IMG/VR virus record: IMGVR_UViG_3300032236_002285
Coordinates: 62,001 to 126,000 of that record
Length of the DNA: 64,000 nt
Direction: 5' to 3' (one strand)
Shown: positions 9,898 through 19,275 of the stretch, one piece after another
Layout of the letters: each line of letters opens with the position of its first letter
Position numbering within the stretch: position 1 is the stretch's first letter
The notes under the pieces: model-generated
Databases searched by the model: none
The model's input: the letters and a program-made list of their open reading frames with translations, nothing else
What the model was told of the DNA's origin: nothing
Program-made: the position numbers and the translations under genes

Positions 9898-9979
9898 TTT
9901 ATAGAATTACTTTTTTGTATATATTAATTATCAAATCTCATTTATTTTATTTCAGAGACTCGGTTTTTTATATATAACT

Positions 9980-11347
9980 ATGATAGAAAACAAAAATCAA
10001 AAAATAGTGTATAATAAAGACATGAGTAAATTAGTAACATTAAACGGAAATAATGACCAAGAACTATTAAGTTCAATTTTCGACAATGAAATTGTTGTAT
10101 TTGAAGATATTCAAGGGTCAAAGATATGGGTAAATTGGAACGGTAAGGAATTTATTATTAAGCCAAAATCTACAAATAATGACCCAATTAATCTTATTGA
10201 TATGGCTATTCAAAATTATTACAATCCGGGTATTAAATACTTAGAGTCTTTAGATACAAGAGTTAAGTCATTATTGAATAAAAAATGGTGGTTTTGTTTT
10301 GAGTACTTTCCAGATGAGCAACCAGCTAATATTGAATATTCAAAAGTTCCTAAGAATCATTTAGTTTTAACAGCTATTAATAAAGGTGGTAAATACGACT
10401 TTAGTATTGAAGAGTTGGATGAGTATGCTAGATTGTTTGATGTTGATATGTTACCTATAGTTTTTCAAGGTAAGTTAAATGAAAGAATGATTGAAGCTAT
10501 TAAGTACTTTATTAATACAAGTGAAGATGATTTAGAGTATGTATTTGGTGAAAAGTCATTTTCTTTTTTCTTCTATAAGATATTAAATCCAAGTTCTACA
10601 AATTCTTTTTTAATGGATGATGAGAATTATCAGTCAAATTTAGAAAAGTTAATTGTTAGAACTAAAAAAGGTGATATTTCATTTGAAATATTAAATCCTT
10701 TATATAAAAGATTGAGTGATAATAACTCAACTGATTTTGTTGAAATTTATACATTGATATTAGTTAACTTCTTAAATTTCTGTCAGTCATTTAACTTAGA
10801 TGAGATTAAGTTAAAAGGTGAAAAAAGAGACGAGGTTTATATTTACCTAATGTCTAAGTTATTCAATGTTTATGTATCTGAAGTAAAACAAGATTTATTG
10901 GATTTTGACTTTGTGGTTCCTGAATTTTTTGATAAAGAAAAATTCAAAATCAATACAGAATTAATTCCTAATAAATTAACTAAAGACTACATTAAAGAGT
11001 CTGACAAGTTAGAATATATTTTTAAAGTTGTTCTTGGTTCATTTAACAAGAAAAGAAAAAAAGCCATTGGTGTATTTACTGATAATACCGTTATTTTATT
11101 TAATACGTTTGTTAATGATATTAACACTTATATTGAAAAGTATTTAAATAAAGTTCATGAGGTTGAGCTAACAAGAGCAGGTCTTTTAGATTTTGGTGAT
11201 TTCTTTGAAATTCAATATGACCAAGATTCAGAAGGTGATGTTTATCCAGATGTTTATTCTGAATTTGAAAAAGGCGCACCAGAGCAAAAGAAAAAAGGTA
11301 AAGGCGGTAAAGGCTTGCCTGTACCAGAAAGTCCATCTAAAAAGTAA
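9980..11347 (+). CDS. RNA-ligase (Rnl2)-like fold protein, catalytic Lys apparently replaced
   Basis: VFEDIQGSKI at the KxDGS motif-I position; FCFEY; LPIVFQG. Confidence 0.45.
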   Translation: MIENKNQKIVYNKDMSKLVTLNGNNDQELLSSIFDNEIVVFEDIQGSKIWVNWNGKEFIIKPKSTNNDPINLIDMAIQNYYNPGIKYLESLDTRVKSLLNKKWWFCFEYFPDEQPANIEYSKVPKNHLVLTAINKGGKYDFSIEELDEYARLFDVDMLPIVFQGKLNERMIEAIKYFINTSEDDLEYVFGEKSFSFFFYKILNPSSTNSFLMDDENYQSNLEKLIVRTKKGDISFEILNPLYKRLSDNNSTDFVEIYTLILVNFLNFCQSFNLDEIKLKGEKRDEVYIYLMSKLFNVYVSEVKQDLLDFDFVVPEFFDKEKFKINTELIPNKLTKDYIKESDKLEYIFKVVLGSFNKKRKKAIGVFTDNTVILFNTFVNDINTYIEKYLNKVHEVELTRAGLLDFGDFFEIQYDQDSEGDVYPDVYSEFEKGAPEQKKKGKGGKGLPVPESPSKK

Positions 11348-11547
11348 TGAAGTCTATTGATCTTAATATAAACTCTGTTGAAGTTAAAACCAGTGTAAAA
11401 TCTATTAAATCTACTTGGACTCAACAGCTAGCTTTTGATTTAGAATCATTCCATGGTGTTGATATGAATGAGTTTGAAAGAGTTTTTATTAGGGAAAAAA
11501 GAAAAAATGATAGAAAAAAATCTATCAATAAAATCTTCCAAAATTAA
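11347..11547 (+). CDS. Mini-protein derived from a gp23 spine-helix segment
   Basis: VKTSVKSIKSTWTQQLAFDLESFHGVD resembles the T4-type gp23 segment AKSRxLKAxW/YxxELAQDLxAxHGxD. Confidence 0.65.
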   Translation: MKSIDLNINSVEVKTSVKSIKSTWTQQLAFDLESFHGVDMNEFERVFIREKRKNDRKKSINKIFQN

Positions 11548-11548
11548 G

Positions 11549-11574
11549 AAACATACACTTTAATTTTCATATAA
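11549..11574 (+). promoter_or_regulatory. AAAC-N16-ATATAA candidate promoter
   Basis: Same motif and spacing at 15094(-), 19229, 20061, 25283 and 28487. Confidence 0.55.
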
Positions 11575-11579
11575 TTTGT

Positions 11580-12815
11580 ATGACGGTTTCAAGTGTAATT
11601 AAGTTAAGTGATATAGAATCATATTCATCAATCAAGAAGAATTTAGAAGGTAAAAAGTGTAGTTTACAATTTCTTCCAATTTCGTTAGAAACAATTTCCA
11701 AACAAAAGAATTTTACTTATAAAGGCCAAAAGCTGAAGTCAGCTTATTTAATTGATATTATTCATAATTTAATACTAAAGTATTATTTTAAGAAGGATAA
11801 TAAATTTCACTTAATGTCTCCTATTCTAAAGGAGAAGTATGGCTACTTATATAACTATTATATGGACTTCCTTATAGATAATGGCGTTCTTGTTTTATTA
11901 TCAAAGCATCAAAAAGGCAAAAGCTCAAGAGTATATGCTATTAGTGAATATATTCTAAGAGGAAGTATTATACGATTCAATAATAGTGATAAAGTCTTAT
12001 TAAAGAAATATAAGGCAAAAGTATCTCAGATTGAAGAAGATAAAATGGAAAATTCCTTAATAGATAATGATATCAAGATTAAATTAGTTAATGACTTATT
12101 TAAGGTCCAAGTTCAATTTGACCGTTCTATATTTTACTTAGATTCATTAAAAGGTGATGATGTTGATATCTATAATAGAAATAGATATTCAGTAGAATGT
12201 ATTAACGACAAACACATATTTTATCACTTTGATAGTTATGGTCGTATGCACACTAACTTTACCATCTTAAAATCATTTATTAGAAAGAATTGTTTATTGA
12301 TTAATGGTGAAGAAACCGCAGAAATTGATATTAAAAACTCTCAACCACTTTTCTTAACTAAGTTAATACAAGATTCTGGGTCTAAATGGGTTCATAAAGA
12401 CGAGTTTGAGTTGTTCAAAAGTCTTACAATAAATGGTACTTATTATAATTACATAATGGATCATCTTGGTACAAAAGATAGAGGTATGGTAAAAGAATTA
12501 ACTTATAAAGTTCTTTTTGGTAGAAATGGTGTTAATAGTAAAGCTGATAAGATTTTTAGTAGTTTATTTCCTACAATACATTATTTTATTAAACTTTATA
12601 AGAAAGAACATGGTGATTATAAAGTGCTAGCTTATGAGTTACAAAAGTCTGAAAGCAATCTTGTTTTCAATAAAATAATTAGACAAGTAATGACACTTTA
12701 TCCAGAAATAAATTTAGTTACCGTTCATGATAGTATAATCATGCAAAAGTCTTACAGGGATTCGGTTTGGGCTATATTTCAGACTAAACTTTATGAAGAA
12801 TTTGGGCTTATTTAA
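11580..12815 (+). CDS. Family-A polymerase-like palm protein without exonuclease domain
   Basis: YGRMHT, EIDIKNSQP (motif A), RGMVKELTYKVLFG (motif B), LQKSES, TVHDSI (motif C). Confidence 0.6.
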   Translation: MTVSSVIKLSDIESYSSIKKNLEGKKCSLQFLPISLETISKQKNFTYKGQKLKSAYLIDIIHNLILKYYFKKDNKFHLMSPILKEKYGYLYNYYMDFLIDNGVLVLLSKHQKGKSSRVYAISEYILRGSIIRFNNSDKVLLKKYKAKVSQIEEDKMENSLIDNDIKIKLVNDLFKVQVQFDRSIFYLDSLKGDDVDIYNRNRYSVECINDKHIFYHFDSYGRMHTNFTILKSFIRKNCLLINGEETAEIDIKNSQPLFLTKLIQDSGSKWVHKDEFELFKSLTINGTYYNYIMDHLGTKDRGMVKELTYKVLFGRNGVNSKADKIFSSLFPTIHYFIKLYKKEHGDYKVLAYELQKSESNLVFNKIIRQVMTLYPEINLVTVHDSIIMQKSYRDSVWAIFQTKLYEEFGLI

Positions 12816-12840
12816 GTATTAAAAAATTATATATAGTTAT

Positions 12841-13002
12841 ATGGAATTCAAACAATATCATTTAAAATCTAAATCAGCAAAAGAAACATTTGCTAAATAT
12901 ATGGCATCTAGTTTAGAAAGTGCTATTGAATATTTCTCAAGATTAAAAAGATTGCCTGTCCAGGATTTACTTGAAATCTATATTGTTACAGATCAAGTAT
13001 AA
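12841..13002 (+). CDS. Small hypothetical protein (53 aa, not in the ORF track)
   Basis: MEFKQYHLKS...IVTDQV; TTATATATA just upstream; fills the intergenic gap. Confidence 0.6.
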   Translation: MEFKQYHLKSKSAKETFAKYMASSLESAIEYFSRLKRLPVQDLLEIYIVTDQV

Positions 13003-13020
13003 TATTTTAATATATACTTT

Positions 13021-13560
13021 ATGATCGGATTAGAACACAAAGATGCTTCTTTTATTTTACTTTCTTCCACAAGGCTTGAAGATATGATTTCAATTCTTTA
13101 TGCTAAAGAATATCAAATTATCCCTATAAAGGGTTATTATAAAGGTCAATACGAGGATTCTGTTATGGGTTATGGTCGTGTTGATAATGATACTCTAAGA
13201 AATGATGTTCTTTTCCTATTAAACCACTTTCATGAAGAGTGCGCTATCATTAAATATAATGGTGAAACTAACGCTAAAAAGATATTCAGAGATGGCTCTG
13301 AAAAACCAATGGGTATTGTGATGTATAATACAGATGCTGATAACATGTCTTATTTATATAATGGTACATCATTTTCTTTTGTTGAGTCAAAAAGATATTG
13401 GAAACCAACTAAGAAAGAAGATTTCAGAGTTGGTATGTTAGTTGAGTATTTTAATAATAATAAGTGGTATGAAAAGCTTGTTGAAAATCCTAGTGATGAA
13501 TATGAAAAGCTTTATAAGTTACTTATAAAGTATGATAAAGTTAGAGTAGCTTCTAGATAA
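13021..13560 (+). CDS. Hypothetical protein
   Basis: TAATATATA-cttt-ATG start. Confidence 0.7.
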   Translation: MIGLEHKDASFILLSSTRLEDMISILYAKEYQIIPIKGYYKGQYEDSVMGYGRVDNDTLRNDVLFLLNHFHEECAIIKYNGETNAKKIFRDGSEKPMGIVMYNTDADNMSYLYNGTSFSFVESKRYWKPTKKEDFRVGMLVEYFNNNKWYEKLVENPSDEYEKLYKLLIKYDKVRVASR

Positions 13561-14329
13561 TTTCAAACCAATTTATACACTTTTCAAAATTTGGTGTTTC
13601 TTTTAAGAAATATCTCATGTCATTTGGACAATTTATTACATTTAATCCATTATCAGTTTTCTGAACATTTCTCATCATAATAATCTTATTTGATTTAATA
13701 TAAGGAGAAGGTATAACATTCATACCGTTAATATTTCCAGTTACAACACCGTCATTACTAGAAACCATCATTACATAAGACATAAGAAGATATTTATAAG
13801 CATCTAAACCAACTATAATAGTATTAGCTAACCCCATTCTACTTGTAGAAGCTATTAAATTACTAATCATTGATATTCTTGTCATAATTCTTTTAGATTT
13901 AGACATTTCATTTTCATAATCAGTTAGATTTCCATCTTTTATATAACTAATATTTAGATTTTGTGGAATATTCATAGGATTTGATGTTAATAATTCTAAA
14001 GTATTCATAACATCTGTATAAATATCTGTTAAATCTAAATATGTTTTACCTTGTACATTAATAGAATTAACCTTAGGTGATATAGTTGACATATATCCTT
14101 CATTGTCTAATGAGTTTAAAAACGGTTCTCTATTCTTAAACTCTTCTACTTTACCATCTACAATAGCATCAATAGCAAGTTCTCTATTCTTTCTTTTTAA
14201 CTCTCTTTGATACTCTTCATTTGGAGTTTCTTCAAAATCAATATACATCATCAATGTTTGAGGTTGTGATGGTTTTGTAGATTCTACATAGTTACAGATT
14301 TTTTCTAAATCTTTAGATGAAATTATCAT
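13553..14329 (-). CDS. Degenerate major-capsid-derived protein
   Basis: KRIMTRISMISNLIASTSRMGLANTIIV vs capsid RKLITKIAHASNYIATEGRVGPAQYLIT; GNINGMNVIPSPY vs GSIGDISIYVDPY. Confidence 0.7.
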   Translation of the reverse strand: MIISSKDLEKICNYVESTKPSQPQTLMMYIDFEETPNEEYQRELKRKNRELAIDAIVDGKVEEFKNREPFLNSLDNEGYMSTISPKVNSINVQGKTYLDLTDIYTDVMNTLELLTSNPMNIPQNLNISYIKDGNLTDYENEMSKSKRIMTRISMISNLIASTSRMGLANTIIVGLDAYKYLLMSYVMMVSSNDGVVTGNINGMNVIPSPYIKSNKIIMMRNVQKTDNGLNVINCPNDMRYFLKETPNFEKCINWFEII

Positions 14330-15074
14330 ACTTATTCTTCATTCCAATTTTTGGCAATTGGTTAAGAATAACCTTTTGTAATTGTGATTTGTCCATATTG
14401 GCAGTTGTGTTTAGTATTTGTAAGTTTCTTTGATACCATCTTGTATCTGGTTGAACTTTTTCATGATAAAGATGAAAACAACGAGCTTGTAATTCTGTCC
14501 AGGTTAAAAAGTTTTTTACTTTTAATGTTTGAAAATCATCTTCTCCACCCCAACCAATAAAGTCTTCATTCCAGCCTGCAATTCTCGTAATAGCATCTCT
14601 TCTAAACATAGCAATACCACCTGAGATATTAATTTTTTGATTATCATTTTCACCTCGACCAGGTCTGTTGATTTGAATCATTTGCTCAAATGGTAAAGTG
14701 CTTTCTTGTTGTGTTAAATCAACAACTGAGTGATAAGGGCTAACCATTTCATATTGGTTTAATTCATTCAAGCCTGTGATAAATTGATTTGGTTCCATGA
14801 TTAAGTCAGAGTCACCAAATACAATGATATTTGAATTAGCATTTTTTATAGCCACATTGAATGCCCAAGAACGATTGTAAGGCATATTTGATCTTGTGAA
14901 TATTTGTTTGGCTTTAAGATTTAGATGAGATATTTTAGAGTGTTTATCTTGTTCTATAAGAAGAACTTCAACATTCGCAAACCCATTAATCCAATCGAGA
15001 ACCCTTCTTAGATTTTGTAATCTTTCGGGATTGTGTCGATAACCTATAACATAGGTGAAGGAGTAATTTGACAT
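14313..15074 (-). CDS. Glycosyltransferase (GT2/GT7 C-terminal type)
   Basis: YNRSWAFNVA, FGDSD, GGIAMF, GWNEDFIGWGGEDDF. Confidence 0.85.
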   Translation of the reverse strand: MSNYSFTYVIGYRHNPERLQNLRRVLDWINGFANVEVLLIEQDKHSKISHLNLKAKQIFTRSNMPYNRSWAFNVAIKNANSNIIVFGDSDLIMEPNQFITGLNELNQYEMVSPYHSVVDLTQQESTLPFEQMIQINRPGRGENDNQKINISGGIAMFRRDAITRIAGWNEDFIGWGGEDDFQTLKVKNFLTWTELQARCFHLYHEKVQPDTRWYQRNLQILNTTANMDKSQLQKVILNQLPKIGMKNKYDNFI

Positions 15075-15188
15075 TATGAATATTATTTTTTATTTATATC
15101 AAATACTCTTCTTTTGTTTACTATCAATTTTTATTGATTTGGTAACTTTTTTATTTTTTTAATATACAATTAACATTAAATGTAATTA

Positions 15189-15590
15189 ATGGATAAAAAA
15201 GTAGGAAGAACTGAAAGTATTTCTTTTCCAGAACTAAATATAAAAAGCGTTAATGCTAAGATTGACACGGGTGCTTATGGTGTTGTAATGCATGTGGATA
15301 ATGTGGAATTAATTGATGATAAGTTGCACTTTTCAATTAATTCTAATACATTTGTATATGATAAATTTAAAACCATATCTGTTAAAAACTCTTTTGGTAA
15401 AGTTCAAAATAGATTTTCAATTTTGACTAAAATAGTAATTGGTGATTCAATATATAATTTTTATGTATCTTTAACCAATAGAAAAAAGATGAGATATCCT
15501 GTTTTAATAGGTCGAAGATTTCTTTATAAATTCAACTATTTAGTTGATGTAACAAAAAAGAATATAAATGATAGAAGTAAAGAGGTGTAA
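15189..15590 (+). CDS. Retropepsin-like protease (RimK-associated / Zn_protease family)
   Basis: AKIDTGA, VSLTNRKKMRYPVLIGRRFL. Confidence 0.85.
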   Translation: MDKKVGRTESISFPELNIKSVNAKIDTGAYGVVMHVDNVELIDDKLHFSINSNTFVYDKFKTISVKNSFGKVQNRFSILTKIVIGDSIYNFYVSLTNRKKMRYPVLIGRRFLYKFNYLVDVTKKNINDRSKEV

Positions 15591-16083
15591 TTATATAACT
15601 GGTAATCCTTCAGATGTTTCTTATGCAGTCAAAAAAATAGTTGACTTTTTAGAAATTGAAGGTAGAAACCCTCTTTTGCTTTATAAACCCTCTGAATCCA
15701 ATATCAAGTACTTCTTGTCTACAAAAATAGAATTTAATAATCTTAACCAGTTTATAGAAGTTATACATGATAAAAGTAAGCTTTTCAGAGTAGATTTACT
15801 TATTTTTGATTTCTGGCATTTAAGTGTTTCATCTATTATTGAGTATAAGTCACACATAGACAATTTAGGTATTGACTATATAATACTCGCTAAAGAATAT
15901 CATTATAAATCATCTGATGATGTTAATGATTTTCATGTTAAGTCTGAAAGAAAAGAAAGTTTTTCTAATGAATATTGGATAACTGATAAAATATCTGGAT
16001 GGACCTCTGATCTTTCTGGTCTTACAAAATCCTACATTCGTAATAAAAAAATTGATGATATCTTTAATAAAGATTCTGAATAA
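15568..16083 (+). CDS. Hypothetical protein with C-terminal RNKKIDDIF motif
   Basis: ORF in operon. Confidence 0.7.
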   Translation: MIEVKRCNYITGNPSDVSYAVKKIVDFLEIEGRNPLLLYKPSESNIKYFLSTKIEFNNLNQFIEVIHDKSKLFRVDLLIFDFWHLSVSSIIEYKSHIDNLGIDYIILAKEYHYKSSDDVNDFHVKSERKESFSNEYWITDKISGWTSDLSGLTKSYIRNKKIDDIFNKDSE

Positions 16084-16115
16084 TTTGTATATTGTTAATA
16101 AATTATTTATATTTG
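16084..16115 (+). promoter_or_regulatory. Bacteroidota sigma-70-type promoter
   Basis: TTTG-N20-TATATTTG. Confidence 0.7.
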
Positions 16116-16142
16116 TATAAATAGTAATATAATAGCAATATA

Positions 16143-17237
16143 ATGAGAATTAGACGCAAGTTTTTACAACTTACAAGATATACTTATCCTTATGGTACAG
16201 AAGGATTTCTAAAGTCATATCTACCCGAAGGTACTAAAAAAGATGCCTATGGTAACTACTATCACCTGGTAGGAGAAAATCCAACAACTATGTTTACTTG
16301 TCACTTAGATACCGCTTGTTCAAAGCAGGTTAAAGTGAATCATGTCTTAGTAGGAAATACAATTAAAACTGATGGTAAAAGCATTTTAGGTGCTGATGAT
16401 AAAGCCGGTATGGTTGTTGTTCTTAACATGATTGAAAATAAAGTTCCAGGGCTTTACTATTTCTTTATAGGTGAAGAAGTTGGTTGTATTGGCTCTGGTA
16501 AATTAGCAGAGAATTGGGCTAATATTAAATTTAGTAATACTATTTCCAAAGTTGTTTCTTTTGACAGACGAAGTGATTGTTCTGTTATTACACATCAATT
16601 TTATGGTCGTTGTTGCTCTGATGAATTTGCTGAAGAGCTTTCTTTTAGATTAAATTCAACTGGTCAAAGATTAAATTTAGAACCAGATGATACAGGCGTT
16701 TTAACTGACTCGGCTCAGTTTATGGAGATTGTACCAGAGTGTACAAATATTTCTGTTGGTTATATGTATGAGCATACTACAAATGAGTGCCAAGATATTG
16801 ATTATCTTCAAAGATTATGTAAGGCTGTTTGTTTAATTGACTGGGAATCTTTACCAGTTGAAAGAGATCATACAGAAGAAGAATATGATTATGATTACTA
16901 TGATGAAGATGATTATGAATATGAGGAGGTTAAGTTTGTTGAGGATTTCTACTCATATTTTTTGGTGAATGGTAAAACTAAAAAGATGTATATATCAAGT
17001 GATGTGATTGCAAAAGAACATGATATAATTTTTAATTGGTTACAAGCTTATGGCTATTCTGAATTAGAAAGTATTGACTGGAATGGTAACTCGTTACATG
17101 TTAAAACTAGTAATGGTGCTCAAGAGTTTGTTGGAAATAGAGTTGAACTTATGGAGATGATTTCTGAACTAAGTTCAGTTCCTATGAGTAAGATTAAAGA
17201 GAATTTAAATAATGATAAGTCGGAATTAGTACTTTAA
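16143..17237 (+). CDS. M20/M28-family Zn peptidase-like protein (paralog 2)
   Basis: FTCHLDT, LGADDKAG, GEEVGCIGS, SFDRR, TDS, HT. Confidence 0.8.
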   Translation: MRIRRKFLQLTRYTYPYGTEGFLKSYLPEGTKKDAYGNYYHLVGENPTTMFTCHLDTACSKQVKVNHVLVGNTIKTDGKSILGADDKAGMVVVLNMIENKVPGLYYFFIGEEVGCIGSGKLAENWANIKFSNTISKVVSFDRRSDCSVITHQFYGRCCSDEFAEELSFRLNSTGQRLNLEPDDTGVLTDSAQFMEIVPECTNISVGYMYEHTTNECQDIDYLQRLCKAVCLIDWESLPVERDHTEEEYDYDYYDEDDYEYEEVKFVEDFYSYFLVNGKTKKMYISSDVIAKEHDIIFNWLQAYGYSELESIDWNGNSLHVKTSNGAQEFVGNRVELMEMISELSSVPMSKIKENLNNDKSELVL

Positions 17238-17238
17238 T

Positions 17239-17268
17239 AAAAAAGAGGACTTTAAGTCCTCTTTTTTT
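17239..17268. terminator. Bidirectional terminator
   Basis: aaaaaagaggact-tta-agtcctctttttt. Confidence 0.85.
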
Positions 17269-17455
17269 ATCCTAATATCAAACCAGGTGTTTTATATTGT
17301 TTTTGAGATACAATTTCTAACATTTGGTTAGTTGATAATTCTTTTGGATTCCAACCTTTACTTTTAGAGTATTCGTTTAAGAATTTTTCTCTTAGTAAAT
17401 TTAGTTCTTGTTGTGATAAACTTGAATTTTTGATTAATTCTGAATCGTTGTTCAT
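17267..17455 (-). CDS. Small hypothetical protein
   Basis: 62-aa ORF ending at a terminator. Confidence 0.65.
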   Translation of the reverse strand: MNNDSELIKNSSLSQQELNLLREKFLNEYSKSKGWNPKELSTNQMLEIVSQKQYKTPGLILG

Positions 17456-17472
17456 AAAAATTTATTTATTTT

Positions 17473-17901
17473 TTATAATAGGAATAGGTATATAAAAACT
17501 TGAGCTAGTATACCAACTGACATAGCCAAAGTTCTTTTTTTATAAGATGTTAATGGCGTAAATGGTGGAAAAGTTTTGGACTCATCTGTCCATCTTTTTG
17601 GATAAGACCTTCCGTCTAATTTATTTCTTGTGTAATAGTAAGTTCCGTTATGAAAAAAGCTAAACATAAACACCATTGAGGCTACACTGAGTATTGAAAT
17701 AATACCTAAGCTTAAAAATAAAAAACCTCCCATTGTTAATAAAACTAAAGCTCTTTGTAGATTAAATATTGGATTGATGTCAAAGTCACATACTCTTCTG
17801 CTATTATTTTCATAATGCCAGTAAAAACCTTCTCGTACACCTTCTGTTAGTGCATATCCAACCCAAATTAAATTTGATAATATAAGTGTAGTTAATATCA
17901 T
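17473..17901 (-). CDS. Hypothetical membrane protein
   Basis: Several hydrophobic segments. Confidence 0.7.
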   Translation of the reverse strand: MILTTLILSNLIWVGYALTEGVREGFYWHYENNSRRVCDFDINPIFNLQRALVLLTMGGFLFLSLGIISILSVASMVFMFSFFHNGTYYYTRNKLDGRSYPKRWTDESKTFPPFTPLTSYKKRTLAMSVGILAQVFIYLFLL

Positions 17902-17951
17902 ATTCTTGATTATTTATTGTATATATAAAATTTTATTTGTATCTTTGTATC

Positions 17952-18425
17952 ATGTTAGAAATGAAAGGCATATTAGAATTTGACCCAGTTAACGTCACCA
18001 AGAAGCACTTAGCTCAGTCTTCTTGGAAGAGAACTGCTATGGTTCGTTTTGATTGTGACCTTTGGGAATACTATGCTTGGTTTCTTCAAAAAAGATTCAA
18101 CTTAAAGTTAAATAAGCCTTTAAGAGGAACCCACTTAACTATCATTAACGATAGATTTGAATCTGATGAATTATATGCTCAAGCTCGTCAATTATTTCAT
18201 GGTAAAGAAATTACCGTGCAATATGACCCTTCTAAAATAAGAGCAAATAATAAAGGTCACTGGTGGATAAATGCTGATAGTGCAGATGCTAGAAATATTA
18301 GAAGTGTAATAGGATTAGATCCTAATCCTTACTTTGGTTTCCACATCACTATTGGTTTGGCTACTCACTTGCAATTAGAACACTCTAAATATATCTTAGA
18401 TCAATGTATAAGATTCAACCTGTAA
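17952..18425 (+). CDS. 2H phosphoesterase-family protein
   Basis: Two HxT motifs (GTHLTII, GFHITIG); TATCTTTG at 17940-17947 upstream. Confidence 0.65.
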   Translation: MLEMKGILEFDPVNVTKKHLAQSSWKRTAMVRFDCDLWEYYAWFLQKRFNLKLNKPLRGTHLTIINDRFESDELYAQARQLFHGKEITVQYDPSKIRANNKGHWWINADSADARNIRSVIGLDPNPYFGFHITIGLATHLQLEHSKYILDQCIRFNL

Positions 18426-18892
18426 TAGATCATATTCAGAAAGCATATGGATTTGAAATTGTCCCTTGTTCAATACCAAGGGACAATTTTCAATATTTTA
18501 AAATGTTTGTTTATTTATTTATACTTGATAAAGTAAGCAAGAGGTTGTTCTTCTTTTTAAGAGATAAAGTTTCACCTATTAGATATTTAGATGAAAGACC
18601 AAATAAAGAACTTTGGTTTTGTAAAAAAAATTCAAATGGTAAAGTTTTAATGGAAGTTGAGATAAAGCCTATTCTAGTTTCAGCGTGTATTTATACAACA
18701 GATTATAAGAATATATTTAAACCAACCTGTGGAAATTATAAAGTAAAGTTATATTTACAAGGTCAAGGTGAAATAATGACTTTTCCTCTAAATCATATTA
18801 GAGGTATTGAAAATATAGATGCTCATTTTAGTGATGTTCTGGAGTTGAAAGAGATATTAAGAGATTATAAATTAAAAAATATTCTAAACTAA
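18404..18892 (+). CDS. Hypothetical protein with C-terminal RDYKLKNIL motif
   Basis: ORF in operon. Confidence 0.65.
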   Translation: MYKIQPVIDHIQKAYGFEIVPCSIPRDNFQYFKMFVYLFILDKVSKRLFFFLRDKVSPIRYLDERPNKELWFCKKNSNGKVLMEVEIKPILVSACIYTTDYKNIFKPTCGNYKVKLYLQGQGEIMTFPLNHIRGIENIDAHFSDVLELKEILRDYKLKNILN

Positions 18893-19242
18893 TGGATGAC
18901 TTCTTTGATAGTTTTAAGGGTAAACCAAAACACGATCATAAAGTCAGAGTAGTTCACTTTAAGAAAGAACCTTTTGATATTTATATTGGTCGTCTTCCAA
19001 ATGGTAAATATAACAAATGGGCCTACCCAAAAGAACTGCGTGAAAGCTTTCCAGAAGGTACTCCTCGAAAAGTTATTGTAGATGCTTATGAACAATATCT
19101 TCTTTCTAATGAAGAACTAATGAATGATTTACATGAACTAAAAGATAAAGTTCTTGGTTGTTGGTGTAAAAATGAAGGTGGTGGTGGTAAATCTTGCCAC
19201 GGTGACATACTTGTTAAATGGGTTAAGAAAACTTGTAACTAA
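18892..19242 (+). CDS. DUF4326-family protein
   Basis: VVHFKKEPFDIYIGR, LKDKVLGCWCK, CHGDIL. Confidence 0.85.
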   Translation: MDDFFDSFKGKPKHDHKVRVVHFKKEPFDIYIGRLPNGKYNKWAYPKELRESFPEGTPRKVIVDAYEQYLLSNEELMNDLHELKDKVLGCWCKNEGGGGKSCHGDILVKWVKKTCN

Positions 19243-19275
19243 AATTTGATATAATCAATATCAAATTTATATCAG

